A stretch of DNA of 52,038 nt from an uncultured Candidatus Saccharibacteria bacterium (GTDB lineage: Bacteria > Patescibacteriota > Minisyncoccia > Phycocordibacterales > UBA9973). A model generated the notes under the pieces. That model was not told the DNA's origin. It did not search any database and worked only from the letters and a program-made list of their open reading frames with translations. Location of the stretch: NCBI GenBank assembly GCA_964637995.1, contig CAZWXV010000002.1:15122-67159 (forward strand). Direction: 5' to 3'. The position numbers and the translations under genes are program-made. Positions 8,108 through 16,758 of the stretch are shown here, one piece after another (within the stretch, counting starts at the first letter, position 1; the number at the start of each line of letters is the position of its first letter).

Positions 8108-8809
8108 ATGAGAGCGATAGTCCCCGCGATTTTAGAAAAAGATTTCCAAGAAATAAAAAACAAGCTTGCGTTTCTCCACGGCCGGGCCAAAACGGTCCAG
8201 ATAGATTTCTGTGATGGCGTATTTGTTCCGAATCAGACCTGGCCTTTTGCCTCGGGGGGAATGGAAGACGCGGATTTCAAAAAAATTGTTAATGAAGAGG
8301 AAGGCATGCCATACTGGCAGGATTTTGATTTTGAATTCGACATGATGGTCACGGATGCGGTGGAGAAATTCGATATTTACATGAAGCTAGGGCCCAAGCG
8401 CATTATTTTCCATCTCCAGGCGCAAGAAAATCTGGAGGAGTTTGAGGAATTTTTGGAAGGTATCGACCCGTACGTGCGCGACAATACGGAGATAGGCATC
8501 GCGATACTACCCAATACGGATCTCGAGGCAGTGTCGAGCTTGCTTCATAAGGTGGATTTTATACAGTGCATGGGCATAGACCAGGTCGGCTTTCAGGGGC
8601 AATCCTTCAACCCTGTGGTTTTGGAAAAGATAAAATTTTTAAAGACAACTATGCCGGGCATGGAAGTGGCCGTGGATGGCAGTGTCAATATGGAAACCGC
8701 CGGCCCCCTGATTAAAGCGGGTGCAGACCGCCTAGGCATCGGTTCCGCGCTTTGGAAAGCCCCGGACCCTATCGGCGCTTTGGAAAAATTCCAAAGTCTG
8801 ATACAATGA
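8108..8809 (+). CDS. Ribulose-phosphate 3-epimerase-like TIM-barrel protein
   Basis: 233 aa. Contains VQIDFCDGVFVP, a histidine-containing segment IIFHLQA, and VDGSVN...AGADRLGIGSALW. Sits between rpiB and tkt. Confidence 0.7.
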   Translation: MRAIVPAILEKDFQEIKNKLAFLHGRAKTVQIDFCDGVFVPNQTWPFASGGMEDADFKKIVNEEEGMPYWQDFDFEFDMMVTDAVEKFDIYMKLGPKRIIFHLQAQENLEEFEEFLEGIDPYVRDNTEIGIAILPNTDLEAVSSLLHKVDFIQCMGIDQVGFQGQSFNPVVLEKIKFLKTTMPGMEVAVDGSVNMETAGPLIKAGADRLGIGSALWKAPDPIGALEKFQSLIQ

Positions 8810-8816
8810 TAGGCGC

Positions 8817-9662
8817 ATGGCATTTTTATCCGATGAAAAAGTAAAAGAACTCTCTCAAAAGGCAAACGACATACGTATGTCAATCATAAAAATGCTCGTG
8901 GAGGCGAAAAGTGGGCATACTGCGGGACCTTTGGGCATGGCGGACATATTCACTCTTTTTTATTTCCATATTTTGAAACACGACCCCAAGAATCCGACCT
9001 GGCCCGAGCGCGACCGGTTGATACTCTCGAACGGCCACATCTGTCCCGTGCTTTATGCTTCCATGGCGCACGCCGGATATTTTCCGGTAGAAGAACTCCA
9101 AACACTAAGGAAACTTGGTACCCGCCTTCAGGGGCATCCGCACCGGGAATATCTGCCGTTCCTCGAAAATTCATCCGGACCTTTGGGTTCGGGACTTTCG
9201 CAAGCGGTCGGCATGGCACTGGCGGACCGGATGGATAAAAAAGACAAAAGCCGGTTCATATACTGCCTGATGTCCGACGGCGAGCTACAGGAAGGCAACA
9301 CCTGGGAAGCGATAATGCTTGGCGGCAAATACCGCCTGCGAAACGTCATCGCTATCATCGACCGCAACAACATACAGATAGAAGGTGATACCGAAGAGGT
9401 TATGCCGCTAGAACCGCTCCAGAGCAAATGGCGCGCTTTCAACTGGCATGTGATCGAAGTAGGCGGGCATGATTTTAGCGCGCTAAATGAAGCAATCGAA
9501 GAAGCGCAGGCGGTAGCCGAGAAGCCTACGGTGATCATCGCGCACACGATTCCGGGCAAGGGCGTTTCCTTCATGGAGAGGGATTATAGGTGGCACGGCA
9601 AGCCGCCGACCAAAGAAGAAGGCGCAAAGGCGCTCGCGGAGCTCATGAATAACAGATTTTAA
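8817..9662 (+). CDS. tkt: Transketolase, N-terminal (TPP-binding) subunit
   Basis: 281 aa with GHTAGPLGMADI, SNGH and GPLGSGLSQAVG motifs. Split-gene form. Confidence 0.9.
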   Translation: MAFLSDEKVKELSQKANDIRMSIIKMLVEAKSGHTAGPLGMADIFTLFYFHILKHDPKNPTWPERDRLILSNGHICPVLYASMAHAGYFPVEELQTLRKLGTRLQGHPHREYLPFLENSSGPLGSGLSQAVGMALADRMDKKDKSRFIYCLMSDGELQEGNTWEAIMLGGKYRLRNVIAIIDRNNIQIEGDTEEVMPLEPLQSKWRAFNWHVIEVGGHDFSALNEAIEEAQAVAEKPTVIIAHTIPGKGVSFMERDYRWHGKPPTKEEGAKALAELMNNRF

Positions 9663-9668
9663 TATTTT

Positions 9669-10667
9669 ATGCTGAACCCCCAATTAAAATTAAACCCAAA
9701 GATTTGGAACGTTGACGTGGAACAAGCGCCTACCCGCAAAGGTTTCGGACAGGGCTTTTTACAGGCAGGCGAGGCGGACCCAAATGTAGTGGGTCTGTGC
9801 GCGGACCTGACCGAGTCGACCCAGATGCATCTTTTCGCGGAAAAGTTTCCGGAGCGGTTCATCCAGGTTGGAGTCGCGGAACAAAATCTGCCGACGATTG
9901 CCTCGGGCCTCGCGGCCATGGGCAAGATTCCGTTCTGCTCTTCATACGCTATGTTTTCTCCGGGCAGGAACTGGGAACAAATCCGTACTACCGTCGCCTA
10001 CAACGACCGCAAGGTTGTCATAGTCGGCTCGCATTCCGGAATTTCAGTGGGGCCGGACGGCGGCACGCACCAGGCGCTGGAGGACATCGCGCTCATGCGG
10101 GTCCTGCCCAACATGGATGTTTTAAATCCCTGTGATGCCATCGAAGCGAAGAAAGTGACGCTTTCCCTTGCCAAGACCAAAGCCCCGGCATATTTGCGGC
10201 TGGTCCGTGAAAAAACTCCGATAATTACCACCGAGGAAACCCCGTTTACGCTCGGCAAGGCGGAAATTTACTGGTTGCCGGATGCCGGACTTGCGCAAGT
10301 GGGCATAATAGTTACCGGCGGACTTATGCATAAAGCGCTCTTTGCCGCAAAAGAGCTGGAAGCCGAAGGAGTAAAAGTAAAAGTTATGAACTTGGCGACC
10401 GTAAAACCCCTGGATACGCAAGCGGTACTCGAACTCGCGAAAGAATGCAAAAAACTCGTTACCGTGGAAGAGCACCAAATCGCCGGGGGCATGGGCTCAG
10501 CCGTCGCGGAGTTTTTGGCGCAGAATTTTCCGATACCGATAGAATTTGTCGGCGTGCGCGACCAATTCGGCCAGTCCGGCACCCCGAACGAACTCATCGA
10601 ACACTACGGCATGGGCAAAGAAGCCATCAAAGTGGCAGTGAAAAAGATACTAGCAAGGAAAATTTAA
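9669..10667 (+). CDS. tkt: Transketolase, C-terminal (pyrimidine-binding) subunit
   Basis: 332 aa with FIQVGVAEQN and GPDGGTHQALEDIALMR motifs. Confidence 0.9.
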   Translation: MLNPQLKLNPKIWNVDVEQAPTRKGFGQGFLQAGEADPNVVGLCADLTESTQMHLFAEKFPERFIQVGVAEQNLPTIASGLAAMGKIPFCSSYAMFSPGRNWEQIRTTVAYNDRKVVIVGSHSGISVGPDGGTHQALEDIALMRVLPNMDVLNPCDAIEAKKVTLSLAKTKAPAYLRLVREKTPIITTEETPFTLGKAEIYWLPDAGLAQVGIIVTGGLMHKALFAAKELEAEGVKVKVMNLATVKPLDTQAVLELAKECKKLVTVEEHQIAGGMGSAVAEFLAQNFPIPIEFVGVRDQFGQSGTPNELIEHYGMGKEAIKVAVKKILARKI

Positions 10668-11704
10668 ATTTTTGTAGCTTTGTAATTTTCCGGAGCGTTT
10701 TTTAGATACTCTGCGATTTTTTCTTGGGAGAGGAGGCCGACATTGGCGCCGACTTTTTGGACTACGGCCATGGAATTTATTCCCGCCCAGGCGAGAGCTT
10801 CCGGCAGGCCTTTACCCAACGCGGTGGCCGCGACGGTCGTGGACGAAAATGCATCTCCCGCGCCGGTGCGGGAATATGGCGGTTTGGGGTCGGGATATAT
10901 CGGCAAGAACAAGAAGTCTTTGCCGTCGTAGGCGTAAGCGCCGTTAGGTCCGTCGGTGATAACTACAGTTTTGGGTCCCAAGTCATGTATTCTTTGGAGC
11001 AGGCCCTTTATCAGGTCTTTGGGATTTCGGTGCCGTTCCCCGATGCTTTCCATATCGAGTATCTTTTCAGCCTCTTCCACGTTGCAGAAGAACATTTGCG
11101 CGCGTTTGTAGAACCTCTCCATTTTTTCATAACCTAGTTTAATTTCGAACTTGCCTGGCTGAAAAGCGAAATTTATTTCCGGATGCGCCTCGAGGTAATC
11201 GGCAATCTTATAATGAAAAGGGAAGGCTTTTTCGTTCACCGAACTGAAATATATCCATTTCGGGCTTCCTACATCAGGCAAAGAGTACTCATAATTCTCG
11301 TGTTTGATAAGTATCGTCCGTTCTGCTCCATACCAGAGTACGTAGTGGTAATTGGTCTTATGTCCCGGATTTATTTTCACGAAATCGGTTTTAACACTAT
11401 TTTTTTTGAATTCTGCCATGCAATCTTCTCCGTCGCGGTCTTCTCCCAAGTTGGTAACGATGGCGGTGTTGAGACCTAGGCGCGCGGCGGAAATCGCCGC
11501 ATTGGCGGCGTTGCCCACGGCCGGTATAACGAATACGTCCTCGTATTCCACCTTTTCCGCGAAGGGGATGGCAATCTCATAGCCGGGCGTATCCGGCTCG
11601 CCTATGATTTCCGCCTTTGAAAGCTTTATAAATGCGTCTATCACCGTATCCCCAATTGCCAGGAAATCTATTTTATTCTTATCTTCACTTCTGGTTTCGC
11701 TCAT
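10664..11704 (-). CDS. PfkB-family carbohydrate kinase
   Basis: Contains DFLAIGDTVIDAF and the TGAGDAF motif. I place the start at MSETR (ATG at 11704-11702) rather than the ORF-track start at 11758, which would overlap the divergent gene. Confidence 0.8.
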   Translation of the reverse strand: MSETRSEDKNKIDFLAIGDTVIDAFIKLSKAEIIGEPDTPGYEIAIPFAEKVEYEDVFVIPAVGNAANAAISAARLGLNTAIVTNLGEDRDGEDCMAEFKKNSVKTDFVKINPGHKTNYHYVLWYGAERTILIKHENYEYSLPDVGSPKWIYFSSVNEKAFPFHYKIADYLEAHPEINFAFQPGKFEIKLGYEKMERFYKRAQMFFCNVEEAEKILDMESIGERHRNPKDLIKGLLQRIHDLGPKTVVITDGPNGAYAYDGKDFLFLPIYPDPKPPYSRTGAGDAFSSTTVAATALGKGLPEALAWAGINSMAVVQKVGANVGLLSQEKIAEYLKNAPENYKATKI

Positions 11705-11710
11705 GATAAT

Positions 11711-11719
11711 ATAATAGCA
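11711..11719 (-). promoter_or_regulatory. Extended -10 (TGcTATTAT), 6 nt upstream of the PfkB kinase ATG
   Basis: The reverse strand reads tgcTATTATattatcATG. Confidence 0.45.
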
Positions 11720-11742
11720 CATTATAAAGTATTTTAAATAAC

Positions 11743-13149
11743 ATGTTCCCAAAATCAATTTTAATTTTAGTGTTGGTTTTTTTCTTTTCTGGGTTTAATT
11801 TAGCCCGTGCGGAGTTGGTAATAAATGAATTTGTGTCGGATCCGGAGTCAGGTTCCGAGTGGATCGAGTTGCGTAATCCATCTTCTTCGGAAATCAATCT
11901 CGATGGCTGGAATTGGACCGAACTCGCGAGTCCGGGCGGAGAAAGCGAGCATGAAAGTTCGCCAAGAAATTTAACCGGAATTATTCCCGCCAGTGGATTT
12001 TTTGTAATCAGTATAACCAATGTAAATGGAGTGCTAAATAATGGAGGAGATTCGATAGGTTTATATGATGGCACAACTCCAAAAGATCGCGTAACCTTTG
12101 GGGCTGTGAGTGGTTACCAAGTAGATTTGGAAAAGCCTGCAAAAGGCAAGTCAGGCGCTTTGATTTCCGGAAGCTGGCAAACCAATCAAGAGCCAACCAA
12201 GGGCACGGCGAACCCTTCTTTCGGCTCTTCGGACAACGATGACAATAACGATAATGCTGACGATAACAACAACAATAATGATGATAACGATGAGCCCTCT
12301 TCCGTCAGTACCGCTACTCCTGCCAAAATAAAAACCGAAGTTTCCGTGCGCAATATCGCTTATGTAGGTATCCCGCTCGCATTTCAGGGCAAAGTGACCC
12401 AAGGCGGGGAACAGGTCCATGGCGGCAAATATTTCTGGAATTTTGGGGATGGGGATTTTCGGGAGGTGAAAGTGATAAATGTCGACAAGTTCACCCACAC
12501 TTATTTTTATCCAGGCGAGTATACGGTAATATTTGAACATTATCCCAACTATTTTACCGAAGAGCCGGACGCGTCGGAGAATTTGAATATCAAGGTCATA
12601 GAACCTCAGGTCGCAATTTCCCGCGTGGGAGATGCCGATGATTTTTTCGTGGAACTTTCGAACAATACCGATTATGACGTGGATATGTCGGGATGGTTTC
12701 TCTTAGGTAACATTAAAAGTTTTACCATTCCTAAAAATACTTTCCTTACAAAAAATAAAAAAATAGTTATCCCGGGCAGGACAAGCGGGCTCATGCTCTC
12801 CGACTTGCCGGCGCTCAAGCTTGCCACTCCCAGTAGGGAAATAGTATTCGAATATTTTCCAAATGTTCCTACTTCTACGCCCCAAAAACCGGTATCTTCA
12901 AAAAATGCGAAGAACTTGGAGGCAGAACCTCCAAGTGAAGATAATATTTCCAACTTGGAAAATCTGGGCGCAAATGTAGCAAATGCCGGTGTGCTCGGGG
13001 AAGAGAATACGAGAACTTCACCTCCTTCATTTACTTGGCCTATTATTTTTCTTGGATTCGTCGGTGTTTCGGCTTATGCGGTCTACGCTATCCGGCACAA
13101 GAAACTTGCGCCGGGAGCGGGGAACGATTTCGAACTTTTGGACGAATAA
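11743..13149 (+). CDS. Secreted/anchored lamin-tail-domain (LTD) + PKD-like surface protein
   Basis: 468 aa with a signal peptide. Has an LTD signature LVINEFVSDPESGSEWIELRNPS...INLDGWNW, a PKD-like FGDGDF...HTYFYPGEYTV, a second LTD-like FFVELSNNTDYDVDMSGWFL, and a C-terminal transmembrane helix. Confidence 0.7.
   Translation: MFPKSILILVLVFFFSGFNLARAELVINEFVSDPESGSEWIELRNPSSSEINLDGWNWTELASPGGESEHESSPRNLTGIIPASGFFVISITNVNGVLNNGGDSIGLYDGTTPKDRVTFGAVSGYQVDLEKPAKGKSGALISGSWQTNQEPTKGTANPSFGSSDNDDNNDNADDNNNNNDDNDEPSSVSTATPAKIKTEVSVRNIAYVGIPLAFQGKVTQGGEQVHGGKYFWNFGDGDFREVKVINVDKFTHTYFYPGEYTVIFEHYPNYFTEEPDASENLNIKVIEPQVAISRVGDADDFFVELSNNTDYDVDMSGWFLLGNIKSFTIPKNTFLTKNKKIVIPGRTSGLMLSDLPALKLATPSREIVFEYFPNVPTSTPQKPVSSKNAKNLEAEPPSEDNISNLENLGANVANAGVLGEENTRTSPPSFTWPIIFLGFVGVSAYAVYAIRHKKLAPGAGNDFELLDE
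12229..12293 (+). repeat. Low-complexity Asn/Asp-rich linker coding region
   Basis: Encodes SDNDDNNDNADDNNNNNDDNDE. Confidence 0.8.
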
Positions 13150-13199
13150 CGAAAATACTCCAAAATAACCTTAGAAAAGTAGCTTAAACGCTTAAATTC

Positions 13200-13208
13200 T
13201 GCTATTAT
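13200..13208 (+). promoter_or_regulatory. Extended -10 (TGcTATTAT), 6 nt upstream of the glmS ATG
   Basis: Sequence is tgcTATTATtcccgcATG. Confidence 0.4.
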
Positions 13209-13214
13209 TCCCGC

Positions 13215-15035
13215 ATGTGCGGCATAGTCGGATATGTAGGAAAAAAAGAAGCTTTGCCGATACTCATACAGGGGTTGCGCGATTTGGAGTACCGCGGCTA
13301 CGATTCGGCCGGGGTTGCGGTCCTGGACGGCAACCATATAAATCGCGAGCGGGAAGTCGGCAAGGTCGACTTTCTGGTGAAGAAAATCAATACCAAGGCG
13401 TTGCCGGGGAGTACGGGCATAGCCCATACCCGCTGGGCCACCCATGGCGGAGTAACGGAGGCAAATGCGCATCCACACCTAGTGGGTAAGGGCAAGCTCG
13501 CGCTGGTGCATAACGGCATCATAGAAAATTACCGGGAACTAAAAAAGGAACTTAAAGATCAGAATCTGGAATCGGAAACCGATTCCGAAATATTGGGTAG
13601 ATTAATATATGAAAATTACGAGGGTGACCTTCTGGCTGCGGTGCAAAAAGTCTTGCCGAAAGTCCGGGGCACTTACGGGCTTCTGGTCATGCATGCCGAC
13701 CACCCGGGAGAGCTCGTCGCCGCGCGCCTAGGTAGCCCGCTTGTGGTAGGTGTAGGCCTAGGCGAATATTATATCGCAAGTGACGTTACGCCGATGCTGC
13801 CTTTTACCAAGCAGGTTACCTTTTTAGACGATGGGGAAGTGGCGGAAATAAATCTGTCCGGCCTCCGGATTTTTAATCTCAAAGACGAGCTTATACAAAA
13901 AGGAATCACGGAGATAGATTGGGACGTGGAGAAAGCGCAGAAGGGCGGGTTCGAAAATTTCATGCTTAAAGAAATTTTCGATCAGCCGACGGTATTCGAA
14001 GATGCGATACGCGGGCGTATTGACATAAAAGAAGGCACTGCCAAGCTGGGTGGCCTCAATATGACCCTCGAAGAAATGCAAAAAATAAACCGGATAGTTT
14101 TGATTGCCTGCGGTACGGCATACTATGCCTGCCTCGCGGGCAAATACGCTTTTGAGCGGCTGGCGGGTATACCCACCGAGGTGGATGTCTCCAGCGAATT
14201 CCGCTATCGCGACCCCATTATCGACAAGCACACTTTGGTTTTCGGAGTATCCCAGTCCGGGGAAACCGCGGACACAATCATGGCGCTTCGGGAGGCCAAG
14301 AGGAAGGGCGGCTGGACGAGGGGCATAGTAAACGTCATCGGCTCTACCATCGCACGGGAAACCGGCGCAGGTACGTATATCCATGCGGGCCCCGAGCTTG
14401 CGGTGGCGAGCACCAAGGCTTACACGAACATGATAGCCATACTTCTGCTTTATGCGTTAGAGTTCGGGCGGTTCCGGCACACTACGTTTTCCACCGGCGA
14501 GCGCTTGCTCCAAAGCTTGCTGCAGATTCCGGAAAAAATGAACCAGATACTGAAACAATCCGACCACATCAAGGCTCTAGCCGAAAAATACAAAAATTAT
14601 TCGGATTTCCTGTATCTGGGCCGGGGGATAAATTTTCCGGTGGCTCTGGAAGGCTCGCACAAACTGAAAGAAATAAGTTACATACACAGTGAGGCTTATC
14701 CTGCAGGGGAAATGAAGCACGGGGTAAACGCCCTGCTCTCGCCCGAGCTTCCGGTAATGGCCATCTTGACCAAGAATCAGTTGTACGAAAAAATGAAATC
14801 CAGCGTGGAAGAGGTTCGCGTCCGCAAAAGTAGGATTATATTGCTTGCAAACGAAGGGGACAAAGAAGCGGAAGAGTTGGCGGACGATATCATCTATGTT
14901 CCCAAAACCATGGAGCTTCTGGAGCCCCTGCTCAACACCATTCCTTTGCAATTATTCGCGTACCATACGGCCGTGGCGCTAGGGCGCGATGTGGACCGGC
15001 CGCGCAATCTGGCCAAAAGCGTGACAGTAGAATAA
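13215..15035 (+). CDS. glmS: Glutamine--fructose-6-phosphate aminotransferase
   Basis: 606 aa. Has the MCGIVGYVG N-terminal nucleophile, two SIS domains, and a C-terminal ...AKSVTVE. Confidence 0.95.
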   Translation: MCGIVGYVGKKEALPILIQGLRDLEYRGYDSAGVAVLDGNHINREREVGKVDFLVKKINTKALPGSTGIAHTRWATHGGVTEANAHPHLVGKGKLALVHNGIIENYRELKKELKDQNLESETDSEILGRLIYENYEGDLLAAVQKVLPKVRGTYGLLVMHADHPGELVAARLGSPLVVGVGLGEYYIASDVTPMLPFTKQVTFLDDGEVAEINLSGLRIFNLKDELIQKGITEIDWDVEKAQKGGFENFMLKEIFDQPTVFEDAIRGRIDIKEGTAKLGGLNMTLEEMQKINRIVLIACGTAYYACLAGKYAFERLAGIPTEVDVSSEFRYRDPIIDKHTLVFGVSQSGETADTIMALREAKRKGGWTRGIVNVIGSTIARETGAGTYIHAGPELAVASTKAYTNMIAILLLYALEFGRFRHTTFSTGERLLQSLLQIPEKMNQILKQSDHIKALAEKYKNYSDFLYLGRGINFPVALEGSHKLKEISYIHSEAYPAGEMKHGVNALLSPELPVMAILTKNQLYEKMKSSVEEVRVRKSRIILLANEGDKEAEELADDIIYVPKTMELLEPLLNTIPLQLFAYHTAVALGRDVDRPRNLAKSVTVE

Positions 15036-15057
15036 AAACATAACCGCTATCAGGACT

Positions 15058-15687
15058 ATGAAGATTATACCCAGAGAAAATAGAGAAGAATACTCACTAC
15101 CTTTGCCTATTTACCAATCGGTCCATATTGCCGACGGCATTTGTCGGGAAGGCAAGGAATTTGACCTCCTGGTGGGTCTGGATAAAAAATACACAGAGCA
15201 ACTGCGCGAACTTTCGGCGAACGAGAGCGACACTGATCTCCAGAATTTTACCAGCGACTGGAAACGCTTCGTGGAAGGCTCATACGAATTTTGGTATCAA
15301 AAAAACCGCTCCCTTTTCGCTTTGGTCGACAAGCAAAGCGACGACCTGGCGGCCCTCGTCTGGTTTGGGCCCAAGCCCTTGGGAAAAAAATCCCCGAAAT
15401 TTGGCGGTAATGCTGAAGAAAAGACCCGAGCCGGGCGGCAGATTCCGGGGGAATGGCACACCATATCCTTCCGGTGCTACCCGAAATACCGTGGCAAAGG
15501 CATGATGAGAGTTTTCACGGCGTTCGCGATAGAAGAATATAAAAAGCAGTTTCCCCATGTAAAATTTTGGGGAGGGTTGGATGACCGAAATACCGCAAGC
15601 ACGCGGCTTTTCCAGAATCTTGGTTTTCATATCAACGCGGAATATTCCGATTTGCCCGAACATTGGCTCATCATGGTCAAGATGTGA
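15058..15687 (+). CDS. Hypothetical protein, possible GNAT-fold acetyltransferase
   Basis: 209 aa. YPKYRGKGMM resembles the R/Q-x-x-G-x-G/A acetyl-CoA loop, followed by TASTRLFQNLGF. Weak call. Confidence 0.35.
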   Translation: MKIIPRENREEYSLPLPIYQSVHIADGICREGKEFDLLVGLDKKYTEQLRELSANESDTDLQNFTSDWKRFVEGSYEFWYQKNRSLFALVDKQSDDLAALVWFGPKPLGKKSPKFGGNAEEKTRAGRQIPGEWHTISFRCYPKYRGKGMMRVFTAFAIEEYKKQFPHVKFWGGLDDRNTASTRLFQNLGFHINAEYSDLPEHWLIMVKM

Positions 15688-15693
15688 TAGAAT
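15685..15693 (+). promoter_or_regulatory. Extended -10 (TGaTAGAAT), 6 nt upstream of the pta ATG
   Basis: Sequence is tgaTAGAATattttcATG. Confidence 0.45.
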
Positions 15694-15699
15694 ATTTTC

Positions 15700-16758
15700 A
15701 TGCAAGCATTGGGAAAGAAAAATACGAATACCTTTCTTCACAATCTTCGCATCCGTGCTACCGATGGATATATCCGGAAAATAATTCTTACGGAAACGGA
15801 AGATGAGCGCGTACTTCTAGCCGCGAAAATTCTCGCAGGAAAGACGGGCAGCGAAAAAATCGCCGAGCCGATTTTTGTTTGTAGTGCCCCAGACACTGCC
15901 AAGATGAAAGCGCTTGGATTTGCCTATATTGAAATAGAAGAGGAGCGAGCAGAAACTCTCCAAAATTTACTCCTCGAGCTACGGTCGTCAAAGAAAGGTA
16001 GCAAGGATGAATTGACTCCCGAGATGGCGCACCGCCTTGCACGCGACCCCTTGATGTACGGCATGTACCTGTTGCGCCTGGGGGAGGGCGATGGATTGGT
16101 GGCGGGTGCGGAACGTACGAGTGCGGATGTTCTACGGGCAGGACTTTGGCTCGTCGGTAAAGCCCCCGGTATACGGACGGTCTCGAGCTCATTTTATATG
16201 ATTGTCCCGCCTTTTCGGGGCACGGATGGCGAAAAGGTTTCGGAGGTCCTGACTTTTTCCGATTGCGCCGTTGTGCCCGAACCAACTTCGGAGCAACTCG
16301 CGGACATTGCCATTGCGGCCTCGGATGCACGTTCTCGTATTGTCGGAGATGAGCCCAAGGTCGCGCTTCTTTCTTACAGCACCAAAGGTTCCGGCGGCAA
16401 CGGTCAGTCAATAGCCATTATTAGAGAAGCACTCGAATTGGTACGCGGGAGGAGGCCGGGGCTCGTTATTGACGGCGAAATTCAAGCAGATGCGGCGCTT
16501 GTCAAATCTATTTCCGAGCGCAAGGCACCGGGAAATTTACTCGATGGCAGGGCTAACGTATTAATTTTCCCATCCCTCGACGCGGCAAATATCGCCTATA
16601 AGCTCGTAGCGTGTCTCTTGCCGGGAACAGCGGCGCTCGGCCCGGTCTTGCAGGGTATGAAAAAACCGATCAGCGACCTATCCCGCGGAGTACGGGTCGA
16701 AGATATCGTCAATATAGTAAGCATTGTTGCATCCCAGGCCCATGAACCTCATGAATAA
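15700..16758 (+). CDS. pta: Phosphate acetyltransferase
   Basis: 352 aa with [37 protein letters not shown], and [18 protein letters not shown]. Confidence 0.85.
   Translation: MQALGKKNTNTFLHNLRIRATDGYIRKIILTETEDERVLLAAKILAGKTGSEKIAEPIFVCSAPDTAKMKALGFAYIEIEEERAETLQNLLLELRSSKKGSKDELTPEMAHRLARDPLMYGMYLLRLGEGDGLVAGAERTSADVLRAGLWLVGKAPGIRTVSSSFYMIVPPFRGTDGEKVSEVLTFSDCAVVPEPTSEQLADIAIAASDARSRIVGDEPKVALLSYSTKGSGGNGQSIAIIREALELVRGRRPGLVIDGEIQADAALVKSISERKAPGNLLDGRANVLIFPSLDAANIAYKLVACLLPGTAALGPVLQGMKKPISDLSRGVRVEDIVNIVSIVASQAHEPHE

Noticed and set aside
10664-11758. ORF-track N-terminal extension of the PfkB kinase (MILGTCYLKYFIMCYYII...)
   Set aside because: The extension overlaps the divergent LTD gene start and is not kinase-like. 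An extended -10 box 6 nt upstream of the internal ATG at 11704 supports the shorter form.
13150-13214. glmS ribozyme upstream of glmS
   Set aside because: The intergenic region is only 65 nt and AT-rich with no conserved ribozyme core. A -10 box sits 6 nt from the ATG, implying essentially no leader.
15788-16411. 207-aa minus-strand ORF
   Set aside because: It is antisense to pta in a GC-rich stretch. The product is Arg/Pro-rich and low-complexity with no motifs.
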